Shown here: positions 12,196 through 24,418 of the stretch, one piece after another
Layout of the letters: the number at the start of each line of letters is the position of its first letter
Numbering within the stretch: position 1 is the first letter of the stretch
NCBI GenBank assembly: GCA_046563655.1
Contig: CM102289.1
Coordinates: 3,038,001 to 3,102,000, forward strand
Length of the DNA: 64,000 nt
Origin: Yuukianura sp. NJ FZ-2021
Taxonomy: Eukaryota
Direction of reading: 5' to 3'
Program-made: the position numbers and the translations under genes
Notes under the pieces: model-generated
The model's input: only the letters and a program-made list of their open reading frames with translations
Databases searched by the model: none
What the model was told of the DNA's origin: nothing

Positions 12196-13866
12196 ATGCT
12201 TCTAGAATTCCTCCTATTTTTAACAATTATACTCGTAGTAACCTATTTTTCACGAAACAAAATATATCATTTGCCTCCAGGTCCAATTGGATTTCCGTTT
12301 TTTGGGTACTTGCCAAAGTCTTTAGGTCGAAATGCCTACGAACGTTTTGACGTTTGGGCGAAGCAATATGGTGACATATATCGGCTGCGAATTGGTGGTC
12401 GTATGTACTTTGTACTAAACAACTACGAAATCATCCGAGAAGCTTATGTCCATGATGGACAAGGTCAAAATTTCTTGTCAAGACCTCAAGACTTCAACAT
12501 TTTTGGATGTGCCTTCGAATTTCGACCAATGCCGTTCAAAAATGGGCCGGAATGGGCAATTCACCGGAAAATGTTCAACTCGCTACTGCGTCGAAGTGAT
12601 GCGAGAACGGAAGCATTTATACATCAATCTGCTGAAGACATTGTTCGTCGAATTCGAGAATTGTCCACCGACGGTCCCGTCGATGTTTACAAGATCATTG
12701 CTGAGGGGGTCGTGAATATCGTAAGTAAATTAATAATAAATATTAATACAATTTAATTATATATTAATTAATTGTGGTTTTAGGTGAGTACGTTGGGCCT
12801 CGGACGACGACTTATGGACACGGATCCAGAACTTGCAAAACAAATTCTGGATGACACGAGAAAAATTTTTACAAATGCGCCGCGTGGAGATGGAATGCTG
12901 GCTGGCTGGATTGTCCAGTTGCTTACAAATCCATTTACTAAAAAACGACGCAACATCAATGAAATTACGAAAAGGGAGTTCGACATTATGGAAAAATTTG
13001 TGCGGGAACATGAAGCTGATTTTGACAGTTCAAATATCCGAGACTACATCGACGTTTGTCTCAACGAAAGAACCAAATCTTCAGACAATGATTGGCTATC
13101 TACAAGAAATATTGCATCGAACGTCCTAGTGTTGTTTGTCTCTGGAGTTGATACGACCACCACCACAATGTACTTTGCCCTGTTTCTATTGGCTAAGCAT
13201 CTCGACGTCCAAGAAAAATGTATCGAAGAGCTCAATAGTGTCATTGGACAAGATGTTCCTAATGTTAAGGCCAGTGACAGATCCAGACTACCATACATGA
13301 CAGCAGTACTTAACGAAATCAACCGATATGCCGTTGTGGGACCATTACCCCAACCTCGTGAAAATGTGAACAGGACGACGCTGGGCGGATATGACATTCC
13401 CGCTGGCTCCCATTTTATAACAAACTTGTGGTCGGCTTCGCGTGATGGAAAGTATTTTGCAAATCCACATCAGTTTGATCCAAACAATTTTTTCGGCAAA
13501 GATATTCCTCGAGACGTTGCATCCCTGGTTTTCTCGGCAGGTAAAATTTCTAAATTTCATTACTGATTTGACTAATTTTAAGTCGCATGATTCTTTTTTT
13601 TTAAATTCTAGAATCATAATTTTTGTTTTTTTCAAAATTACGTTAATTTTGAATCAGTTTTAACCAAAACTTTTTTTTTTTCCACAGGGAAGAGAGCATG
13701 TCCAGGAGAAAGTTTTGCACAAATGGAAGTTTTTATTTTCATTGCTCGAATTCTACAAAATTTTAAAGTTCTACCAGTTCCAGGCGAAGAATTGATTGAA
13801 ACTCTAGTGCCAGGATTCACGCGGACATTGGCACCTTTCAAACTTATGTTCAAATCGCGTCGCTAA
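12196..13866 (+). CDS. Cytochrome P450, CYP2 clan, 3 exons
   Basis: 'LPPGPIGFPFFG' Pro-rich hinge; WxxxR 'WAIHRK'; I-helix 'SGVDTT'; 'EINR'; heme loop FSAG|KRACPG split by intron 13541-13688; intron 1 at 12721-12783; stop TAA at 13864-13866. Confidence 0.93.
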
Positions 13867-14006
13867 ATTGTTAATACTAAAAGAATAAGGTTAAGCCGCG
13901 CTGCTAATTCTGACAAAATTGCTTCCTTTGATCTGGGAATGGAAGTGTCTACTTTCACAAACGACTACAAATACAACAATTTACTTTTGTAAATTTTAGC
14001 AAATTC

Positions 14007-14381
14007 TTAGCGATTCTGCACCCTGAAATCCTCTGAAGAGCAGTACACTGATGCAATTTCGCAGAATGCTCGTGTAGAATCTTCAGACACAGCGTTCATG
14101 GTAGAGCCGTATCGCTTTCCCAGCAGCGAATGACTGTCAACTTGAAAAAAAAATTATATGGTTTTAAATAAACTCCGAAATAATTTTTTCAGTATACATT
14201 TTTCTGAAATTTTTTTTCTGTATGAAGGCTCACCAAAATTTCTTTTTCCAAAAATGCCGCCATTGCGTGGTGGTAACTTTCCTTTCTTATTGACAACACG
14301 TCCAGCACATTCCGATGTCAAAATGTGCATTGCGAGAAGCGAAAGTATGAGACAAGCAACTTTCATATGAACACTAGCCAT
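14007..14381 (-). CDS. SIFamide-family neuropeptide precursor (divergent), 2 exons
   Basis: Spliced through intron 14141-14233: MASVHMKVACLILSLLAMHILTSECA-GRVVNKKGKLPPRNGGIF-GKR-NFVDSHSLL-GKR-YGSTMNAVSEDSTRAFCEIASVYCSSEDFRVQNR*. The PPxNGxIF-GKR core and the C-terminal CEIASxxC motif are typical of SIFamide precursors. Confidence 0.88.
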
Positions 14382-14899
14382 TTTGTAGCGATGCAAAATT
14401 TTGTGAAAAAATGGATTCGTGGATTTGCGGGATTTTCAAGAGTACATGCAAGTAACAAATTAAGGACGACGTTGGACAAAACGTTTGCTTTTATATCGTT
14501 GGAAATTTGAAGTTATTGCGAACCAAGAAATTGAATTTTTTGTTCTCTTATTACGTATAGAGAACCATTAAAAATGAATTTTCAGAAGCAAAAGTTCTGA
14601 TACGTTTGTCAAACTTTTTAAGTCCAACTTTTTGCAAATGAATGTGTGAATCGTGTAATCGGCGTCATGAACAAGTTTGTACTAACTACGATCAGATACT
14701 TTTTTGCCAAAGTAAAAATAAACAGTTGTTATTGGATTTTAGGATATTTCCAACACATTCGTGACGGTCATAATTTAATACCAAAATTATATCTGTTCTT
14801 ACACAATTCCAAATGAAGTGGATTTTTGGAACATACAAGAGTTCCAGAAAAGTTGGACAGAAATATCAGCGAAGGAGATCTGCTTGACTGCAATTAAAA

Positions 14900-16693
14900 C
14901 TAGCAGCTTTTCAAAAGTTCTAAAACTTGTAGCGTCTCCTCGTCGCCTTCGCCGTTAGCTTCTTTCCTTTCGTCGTAGATTTCTTGAAGAAGCTTCTTGG
15001 CGTCCTTTACTTTCCCTTGTCCTTTCAAAGATGTTCCCAACTTCAAGCCGCTGAAAAACGAAGGAAATGCTAGGAATTGTTCAGTACAATTTCAGTTCGA
15101 TGTTGTGCGTGCTAAACGTTACCATTCTAACGTCTCTTGGTCATCTTTTCCCAAAACACGTTTCCTAGCTTTGTAGACATCCTGAAATATTTTGGAAGCC
15201 TCGTTGTAGCGTTTGCCCAGAAAATGAATCCGTCCCATTTCGTAGTTTGTGTCGATTGTGTCTGGATCATCTTCTCCCATCAGCTGCTTCCGTCCAGTGT
15301 GGATTTTCTTGAGGAGAGCTAAGGCCTCACTGTACTTCTCCAGGCTTATCATTACACAAGCCATTTCGTGACCCTAGATTAAACGTTTAATGGTAAGCAA
15401 TGCTTGTAATTTCCTTTTAAGTTAGACCTTGAGGAAAACTTACTGACTCCAGGGTATCCTCTTCCTGGAACCCCAATGTTTTTTTACGCTTCTGAAACGC
15501 TTCTTCGAATATCTTCAGTGCTTCTTCAAACTTTTCTTGTTCTGATAATAAGCAGCCAATTTCGTGTAGAGTTTCCAACGTATCAGAATCATCGTCTCCT
15601 AAGACTTTTCTCCTTAAATTCAGAACGTCGTCGTACATTTTGGATGCATCGTCGTACTTTCCCATTCCTGCCATCACTCCTGCTAGCTCGTGCATTGTCT
15701 CGAGTGTTCTGAAAGAAACCAAAGCGAAAAATTACAAATTGGCTGAATATTATGATGGTGATGTTTGAAGTTACGCTGGGTCTTCTTTTCCAAGTACTTT
15801 CTGGCGCCCATCCAAAACTTTGTAGTACATCTCAAGTGCTTCATCTTGTCTGTCCAGGGAGTCTAAGTTACCTGGAGAAACAGAACACAAGTTATGAAGT
15901 TTACAACGAATATTAACACATAGCTGGATCAAATTGGGCTTGATTGATTGTATGCTCTTCATACTAGCTAGTTCATGTCCCGTTTCAAGTGTTTCGGCAG
16001 CATCTTCGCCAAGAATTTTTTGCCGGGCTTTGTAGACTCTTGAATAAACCTTATGGGCTTCTTTCTTCTTCCCAGCGTCATCCAAGGCCGAAGCCAGTTC
16101 ATGTAAGGTCAGCAAGGTATTCACGTCATGCTTCCCAAGAATCTTTCGACGAGATTCGTAGACTTCATCAAACAGGTTGATTGCCAAGTCGTACTTCTGC
16201 TGGTTGGCTCGTACCGCTGCCATGTCATGCTTCGTCTGTAACGTATCCGGGTGATCTGCAAACATTGTTATCTTTAGCGTTGCGCAATGATAATCTATTT
16301 CTAATACTAATCTATTTTTTAACCATCGCCGAGGACACGCTTCCTTCCTTGAAAGACTTCGCTATAGAGCTTGAAGGCTTCGACATACTTCTCATCAGCA
16401 TCCAAAGCCGTTGCCATCTTGTTCTTGGCTTCCAATGTATCAGCGTGGTCTGGACCAAGACTGGATTTCCTTCCTTCGAAAACAATTGAAAATTTCTTGA
16501 AAGCTTCTGCAAATTTGCAGTCATCAAATAATTCATTTCCTTCCTCATATCCGGCACGGAGTTTACTCCTACTCCTTGACCTTGACCGTTGTTGACCTTG
16601 ATTGACATCCTTTGTCACACCGCACTCAACGTCAGGTCCCTCTTGGACAAATTCGGAATCTTTGGCGTCTCCTCCCGCGTACTCCTGCTCCAT
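14900..16693 (-). CDS. TPR-repeat protein (42-aa kinesin-light-chain / TPR_10-12 type), about 6 exons
   Basis: Repeated 'R.K.LG.DHPDTL.T.HE(L/M)A' units, about 10 copies; short GT-AG introns; ends LELLKSC* at 14900. Confidence 0.85.
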
Positions 16694-17265
16694 CTTATAA
16701 AGTTTCACGAAACGTGATTGTCAAAAGAAACACAGAATAAAATTCCTAGAAGAGGGAACCAAGATTATCTACGTTTTACCCAAGGAAGGCTGTCTGTCAC
16801 ACCTACATTTACTTAAACCGATTAACAATATCAAATCTTTGAATTGGCTAAAAGTTAAACCATAACAAACTGTTAAAGACGTTTATCCCTCCCAAGTTGC
16901 CGGCATCAACCGTGCCTCCAGCTTCCAGACAGAACCACACTTTCTCTGAACTCTGCTATCAGCTGATTGCAATTTTGCACGTGGTGTGGTTGACGTACAC
17001 CAACCGCGTACTCGTTGTGTATACCTCTACCGCATTACGGAACAGGTACCTGCTGCCTTGCGGTAATTGTTTCTCTGCTGTATTCGGTTGGACGCTACAC
17101 TAAACCTCGGAATCCTCTGACAGATTTGGTTTCGGTAAAAGGTAACGAACGAACGCGGATTTAATTTCGTGGTTTTAATACGTTTTGTCCAAATTCCGGG
17201 CTCCATAATTTGTTTTTGTGTTTGTTAAACAGGATTCGAGTGCTTTGGATTCAGCTGCTGCGAAG

Positions 17266-18388
17266 ATGTCGTCTCTGTCTGTTATCGTTAAAGGTAATTG
17301 GTGTCCACTTTCATTTGCCGACTGAGCACTTCTTCTGTGGATTATGAATCTGAATTTGAAAAACTATTGGACTACTGATTGAGCTTTTTTTTAAATAATA
17401 GATAAGCCGATATTTGGATACTGGAATATTCGTGGAGTACGTACTAACTTGTATCGGCCAATCTGAAGTCTCGGCATTAATTTTTACATTGTCAATTTTA
17501 TGCCAACATTTTTCTTGATTTTTAGTTTGGGCAACCCATTCGATATCTTCTGAAATATTTGGAGGTAGACTATGTCGAAGCTACGTATAAATGTACTTTG
17601 GAGAGCAAATTGACAGAGTGGGATGCTGTCAAGGATGAACTTGGACTAGATTTTCCAAACGTAGGCTTGGTTTAAATAATTTATGTTGGTCAAATGTTCT
17701 CCGACCGAATGACAATAGTTCTATGTTTAATGTTATAGCTTCCATATTGGATTGATTCCAAAGTAAAGTTAACTGAATCAAGGGCGATTATCAGCTACTT
17801 AGCAAGGAACTACGATCCTTCTCTTCTCCCAAAAGGAAATGATAATATCGTCAAAGCTCAAATGGTGGACGGCGTTATTTCTGACTTATGGTCTCTTCTT
17901 GTCAAAGCCACTTACTATAATTCCGTAAGTGTTTCTCATCAACGGTTTAGAGACGTTTGCCGGTTCCTAAACGATTTTTTTTGCGCTGCATTTTTTTGAA
18001 TTACAACCTAGAAAGAAACTGAGGAAAACTACCATAGGGATGTTCCGAACAAGTTGACTCATCTTGCAATTTTTATGGAGAAGCTTGGGGGACCATGGGT
18101 CCTGGGTCCAAAGGTGAAAACATCAATTTAAACTAATTTTAATTAATTTGTTGGCGTCTCATACACCTCTCTTTTTGACATGTTTTCTAGTTGTCATATC
18201 TGGATTTCATATTTTACGAAGTTCTGGTTCATAATTTAGTTTATGACTCCGCTCTGCTGGATCATCTCCCGATTCTCAAAGATTTCATGGCAAAGTTTGA
18301 GCAAATTCCTGCCATAGAGAAATTCATGAAATCGCCAAGCTTTATTAGCAAACCATGTTTTAGACCATGGGCAAAAGTGAAAATTTAA
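17266..18388 (+). CDS. Glutathione S-transferase, mu class, 6 coding exons
   Basis: Spliced: MSSLSVIVKD-KPIFGYWNIRG-FGQPIRYLL...ELGLDFPN-LPYWIDSKVKLTESRAII...LSYLDFIFYE. 'GYWNIRG' and 'LGLDFPNLPY' are mu-class hallmarks. Confidence 0.9.
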
Positions 18389-19114
18389 GAAAGAGGTTTC
18401 TTTGTAAGCTATTGCGCGTACTTTCAGCATCATTCAACAATTTTTCACACAGTTGCTGGCAGTTGTATTGACTAAAATAGACTCTGAGGTAATTTAAAAA
18501 CTAACTCTTGTTACAACAACGGAGAGAAGATTTGTTTGATAAATTGATTATATATACTGGTGTGGTGCTTTAAAACATATTTTTATCATTTATGCCTTTT
18601 TTGAATACATTATAGCCACAAATTTGTGAAATGTCCAACTAACGTTAACGTTAGTTAACTTAACCTTGTTAACCTTAAGTTAGTTAGTTATAGCCTTGAT
18701 AGACACATCACCTACGAATGTAAACTTTAATCAAAGCGTCACCTCAATTTCGAAAAAATAAAATCCCACAACTTTCTGGGGATCTTAGCTACATGTATAT
18801 TTCCATAATCACCTTGACTTTCAAAAAATATTGGATTGACCAATCACGTGAAAATGGAACTGCCCTTGTGCCAAATAAGGAAAGTACAAAGTAAACTAAA
18901 CGTCATAACCTATGAATATAAGCTAACTTTTATTATCCTTAACTTTCTGTGATCTAATCCCACGAATAAATGTTCTCTTCCGTTGTCGTGAAATTCTCCC
19001 ATCAATGACACATAAACGTTACTTATCACTTTGCTTTCTTAAATTTTTGTTGAGTGATCAATCATTTCCAGTTGATTCACTTAGCACAATAGTTTAAGTT
19101 TTTGTTGCTCAGTA

Positions 19115-21995
19115 ATGTCTACGTACACATCGATTCTAAGGCGACTCGCCGACTTTACCCGTATTCCACTCGTGTCTCCCCGTCTAATTGAACTTGGGAC
19201 GCGCAGTGTCGTTGCACTTCCAACAGTAATTTTGCTAACACACTCTCTATACTATTACGCAGATTTTCTTCAGGCCCAGACACCGCAATTCTACAACACT
19301 TCATACGTAGAGACATACGACTTTATAGTGGGTGGGTTAATTTTTTGTGTTGGAGGTCAATGACTTCAATAAACTCAATTGTTAAATTTTTTTTAAAGTT
19401 GGCGGTGGAAGTGCTGGTGCTGTCGTGGCTAATAGGCTTTCGCTGCACAATAGTGTTCTGTTGCTAGAGCTTGGCGGAGATCCGCATCCACTTTCGTACA
19501 TTCCTCTGGCTGCGGCAACTCTACAACGTTGTCCGAGGTATTCAACTTTTTTAAGCAAAATAAAAATTTAAAACTTTTGAAAAAAATTGCATCATAAAAA
19601 AAGTTGTTCACACGAACTAGACAAAAATAATTTCAATTCTTTCCAAATGTACATGTTTTAGCACAGATCTTATGTATGAAACTGTACCTCAAAACAAATC
19701 TTGTCACGGGCTAAGGAACAACGTAAGGTCAAAAAATCAAAAACATGTTTGTTTTTTTTTTAAACGCTGTTTTGAATCCCCATTCTAGGTGATGTTTTGG
19801 CCACGAGGAACAGGTCAGTTCAAACCACCATTTTTATAACATACTTTTACACTAACAATTTCCCTTAACATAGGACTTGGTGGTTCCAGTAATTTGAACT
19901 ACATGATTTATCAGCGAGGAAGTCCCAAAGACTACGATAACTGGGCCAGAATCACACAAAATTCAGAGTGGGCTTGGGAAAACGTTCTAAAATATTTTAA
20001 AAAGTTGGAAGACTACCACGGAGCTTATCCAAACGGTAAAGTAAAAGGCGCGTTTTTTTAAAAAATTTAGAACAAAAATCAAAATTTGATTTTTTTTGCG
20101 TTTAGATTCTGTACATGGTCGTGGAGGTCCTCTGCACATTGAGAAATCTCGTCAAACGTACATGGCTGAATACTTCCTCAATTCTGCCAGAGAGAAGGGA
20201 TTCCCAATTTATGACACGAATTCAGGACAAGGCCAAGGTAACTCGACCAATGTCAAGTTAATTACTTAACTAACGTTCATAATTTTCAATTAATTAACTA
20301 AAGCTGGTGATTCTTAATTAACTTAGACTTTGGGGAAATGGATGTCACGAATTACAATGGGTTAAGGTGGAGCACATTCCCAGCATACATTGAACCAATT
20401 CTCAAAAGAAAAAATTTGACAATCAAGCGTTACTCTCGCGTCATCAAAGTGATAATTTTCATAAAAATTTCAAAAACAAAAACAAAATTCAAATTTTTTT
20501 TTACCAAAACTTTTCTTCTTTTTTTGAGGTGCATTTAGACAAAAATCGGCATGCGTATGGCGTCACTTACTACCGTCACGGACTCAAAAAGTTTGTGCGT
20601 TCGCGTAAAGAAATAATTTTGAGCGCAGGCGCAGTCGACACGCCCAAACTCCTTATGCTGTCTTCAATCGGACCTAGGCGTCATCTGCATTCCGTTGGGG
20701 TGAAACGATTTTGTCAAATTTTATAAACACTAGAATTTTTCAGATTTCGATTTTTTGAAAAATTGAATGAATGGAAAAAAAAGTTACTTTGGTTTAGTTG
20801 AAATGTCGTGTGAACTTACCTGTTGGGAGAAACCTTCAAGATCATGTATTTTCCCTTGTGGGGCCTTTCGTGTTTGACCTCAACGTGACCTCATCTCTCC
20901 ATCCAATCAGAGACTCCAACTTGGACGGACTTATTCAATACACTTCCAACGCTAGAGGGCCCTTAGCCTCCATTTCCACAATTTCTGCCGTCGGATTTTA
21001 TTCGACTCCGAGTAACTCCGAAGCCCAAGAATCGAAATGGCCAGATATTCAATATTTCCAAACAGCATTTGGAATTCCGAATGGCCTTGGAGCAGCATTT
21101 GAGCATATTGCTAACCTTGATGCGAAACTTACAGACAGCTACTTGGGTGGAATAGTTGGGCGCCACTCAAACACGATTATCCAAGTACTCGTGCGTCCAA
21201 AGTCACTCGGCTGGATTCAATTGGTGGGAAGAGATCCTCTGCTTAAACCAAAAATTCATCCTAACTACTTCTCTGATCCGCGCGACTTGCGTGCTATGGT
21301 AGAAGGTCCGAGCATTTGCAGTTGTTGAATTTTCGTAAACTAGTGTTTATTTTAAATTATTCGAACTAAAAATCATAAACAGTCAAAATGCCAAATCTAT
21401 TCTAGGTATGAAATTTGTTGTGGACTTGTATGAAAACACTACGACATACAGGAAGTTGGGCGCCAAGTTGAGTCCAATAGTGCTACCACCGTGTGCTCAT
21501 TTTGGATTTAGAAGCGACGCGTACTTTGCCTGTGTCGCAACAACTGTTACGCAGACGCTGTATCACCCTGCTGGAACTGTTGCTATGGGCAGGGACGACT
21601 ACTATAAAAATAAAACCGCAAGAATTAACAGCGGATCCAAGGGCCCGGCTCCTGTAGTGGATTCACAATTGAGGTAAGAAAAAACCAATTCCATATTATA
21701 ATTATGTAACTCCTTGTAATATTTCTCATGCCTATGTCACTTTTTTTTAATTTTGAAAAGAGTTTTCAAAACCACTGGACTTCGTGTGGTAGATGCTTCT
21801 ATTATGCCAGTACTTGTCAATTCAAACACCAACGTCCCTTCGATCATGATTGGAGAAATGGCAAGTGACTTCATACGAAGGTACTGGACACAGCACACTG
21901 AAATTTGTCCAAATGACCCCTATTCGTATCTTTTCAAAATTAACAGAAAATTTGAGTCCCAAAATCCGCAATGCACTTACAAAAAAATTTATTAA
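19115..21995 (+). CDS. GMC oxidoreductase (FAD glucose dehydrogenase-like), multi-exon
   Basis: YDFIV|VGGGSAG FAD motif; [47 protein letters not shown]; catalytic 'YHPAGT'; [11 protein letters not shown]...NTN; includes a 25-nt microexon at 19789-19813. Confidence 0.93.
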
Positions 21996-22540
21996 TAAAG
22001 AAAATAGTTGAAAGAAATATTAATTTCGAACTGTATTTATCATTTGTATATAACTTATAATTAATTTAATAGTAATTTAGTGCAGTAGGATCAAAAATAA
22101 GACATAGAAAACTGAACGTAGGTTCAAACACGCAATTGATCATTTGTACGTTCAAACTTATTACCCAAAGTTTACGTAAGTTTACGTACGGAGAAATTCC
22201 TCCGCACTATAGCGTCCTCTAATCGGAAAAGCTCGCGTAACTCAAAACTCCTAAGTGAACGCGTAAGTTCACGTACGATTTCAACTCCTCTAATAACTTG
22301 TGTTTGGAAACAATTATTGTTCGAAACAATTCATATTAGAAACATTTCATTCGAAACAATGCCGAGCTACCGCTTAATGAAGAGCATAACAATTATAATA
22401 GGAAAAGTGTATAACCAAATCTGATCCAATTTATTTTAAACAGTTGGGCTTTTAGAACTTATACTTATTTCTGCAAATTATCATACTCCAGCTGCAAATC
22501 TTTAACAAAGAAATTGGTTTTTAAAATTCCCACAATTATT

Positions 22541-23109
22541 TTAGCAGTCGAGACACTCCCAAGTGACAGATCCATCCCTGAATCCTGACCGATCAAATGT
22601 GTTGGCCTCTAAATCAATAAGGTAGCCACTTGGTTCGGCGTTGTCGGTACAGCAGCCACCACAATCAGAGTCACCACAAGTGTCGCACACGACTGCGTCA
22701 ATACTTTTCCCGTTTTGCCAAATCCGAATATTTTTATTGATGAATTTGTTTTGGTCTCCGTGTGTTGAGAAGAGAGCCACAATATTGTTGTTGATTACCC
22801 ACTCATGGGATTTGGATCCACAGTAGGCAAATTGTCCTTCCCAGCGACATGCAGAGTAGTCCTCACATTCAGTGTTGCCTGGACATTGTTCATGCTCAGC
22901 ATCCGTGTACGGAGGGCTGATATTGCTTTCGCAGCACGGCGAGTAGGAACAGTAATGGGTTAATTGACCTAATTCACATTGGGAAATTGTATGTAAAACT
23001 TTTTACATTTTAACTAATTTTACAATTCTAATTTTAGTCAAAACTTACCGTTGTAGGCTGTAGACAAGCCAACAACGCCCAAAACCAAAAGTAGAGCAAG
23101 ACGTGCCAT
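22541..23109 (-). CDS. Secreted Cys-rich protein with a probable double-psi beta-barrel (RlpA/expansin/kiwellin-like) fold, 2 exons, about 160 aa
   Basis: Signal exon MARLALLLVLGVVGLSTAYN|G joined by a phase-1 GT-AG intron to QLTHYCSYSPCC...NIVALF...IRIWQNGKSIDAVVCDTCGDSDCGGCC...GYLIDLEANTF...SVTWECLDC*. 'V.DTC...C...IDL...F' is the DPBB pattern. Confidence 0.7.
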
Positions 23110-23477
23110 TTTCCAATAAAAAAATAATAGTGTTTGATAAGCAAAAGTGAGAATTGAATTGAATTGGAGCGCTCACTTGAGCAATAGTTTTATTCATTAT
23201 TATCCTTTCATCATTAAATAGATAGAGATTACTGTTGTTAACTTAAATGTCAAAAACTCATTTCCAAAAAATTTTTAATACGCACTCATCGGGCTAATTT
23301 ATTTGGAAGTTGACAATCACAGTTTTATTTATCATGGGTGGGCCTCCATAGAATGAAGACATCCTCATAAACCTCACTCCTCATTTCAAATGAAATCCTC
23401 AAATACTCATCTCTTGTATCCTCACTCAACTCCTTTGTCCTCAACACTCAAATCATCATCCCTTTTTTTAAACCTCG

Positions 23478-23767
23478 TGCTTTGCTTTTTGCTGTTTTTG
23501 CTTTAATTGCTGTTGTTCCGCAGGGAATTACTAGAACTTGTGCGTAGATGCATGCTATGGCTTGGGTAATTATGCAATTACATGATTATACTGATTTTAA
23601 GCTCAGTTTTACTTAAAAAAGTGTTTTACTGTTAAATTAATTAATTATTATTTTAAAAAAAAGCAAAAACAGCAGAAAACATGAAAACCTATGCTTGCTG
23701 TTTTTGTGTTAAAAGCAAAAGGAGCAAGCAATTAAAGCAACTGCTTTATAGCACCGCGGAACACTGC
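23478..23767. mobile_element. Probable degenerate non-autonomous DNA transposon remnant with internal inverted repeats
   Basis: Left arm gctgtttttgctttaattgc is mirrored by aagcaaaaacagc and gcaattaaagc in the right arm, which ends ...gcggaacactg. A CCTCA-rich low-complexity tract (23345-23460) precedes it. No clear TSD. Confidence 0.35.
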
Positions 23768-23954
23768 TGAGGATATATCCAGTAAGAAGGTTGACCTATG
23801 TTTATTATTAGGTTTAAGGATTAGTTGAAAAATTTCCTTGTGTATTTTGCAATGATTGACTGATTGACTGATTGAACAAGTTTGTTTTCGGTGAAACACA
23901 CTAGATGAGATAGCGACATTTATCAACTACGGACTTCTAAATTAAAATGATTAT

Positions 23955-24246
23955 ATTTATGTAACTATATACACTATTTCTTATGCTTACGTCATTTTTT
24001 TAAATTTTGCAAAAAAAAAGAGTTTTCAAAGCCACTGGGCTTCGGGTGGTGGATGCTTCGATTATGCCAGTACTTGTCATTTCAAACACCAACATCCCTT
24101 CGATCATGATTGGAGAAATTGCAAGTGACTTCATACAAAGGGCAAAACATACCGAAATTTGTCTAAATGATCCCTATTTGTATTTTTCCAAAATTAACAG
24201 CAAATGTACTTTCAAAAAAAATTTATTAATAAAGATATTAGGATAG
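23955..24246 (+). pseudogene. Duplicated copy of the GMC terminal exon plus its acceptor (orphan exon or alternative last exon)
   Basis: [40 protein letters not shown] versus [40 protein letters not shown] at 21761; the upstream intron sequence is also similar; there are deletions in the tail. Confidence 0.8.
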
Positions 24247-24418
24247 ATGGGTTTTAACATCTTTTTACAAATGCTTTGACCTGTTTCACGGAATAAGTAA
24301 CCAATCAATATTTGGTCGCAGTTACCAATTTGAAAATCAAGTCCTAAAAACTTTAAATTAGAGAATTTAGACAACGTACGTTGTCCAAACATCATTCACA
24401 GCAGTAACGTTGAGTAAA

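Noticed and set aside
22150..22372. Short repeats (gtttacgtaag..., gaaacaat x4) between GMC and the DPBB-like gene
   Set aside because: Possibly transposon debris, but no TIR or TSD could be defined.
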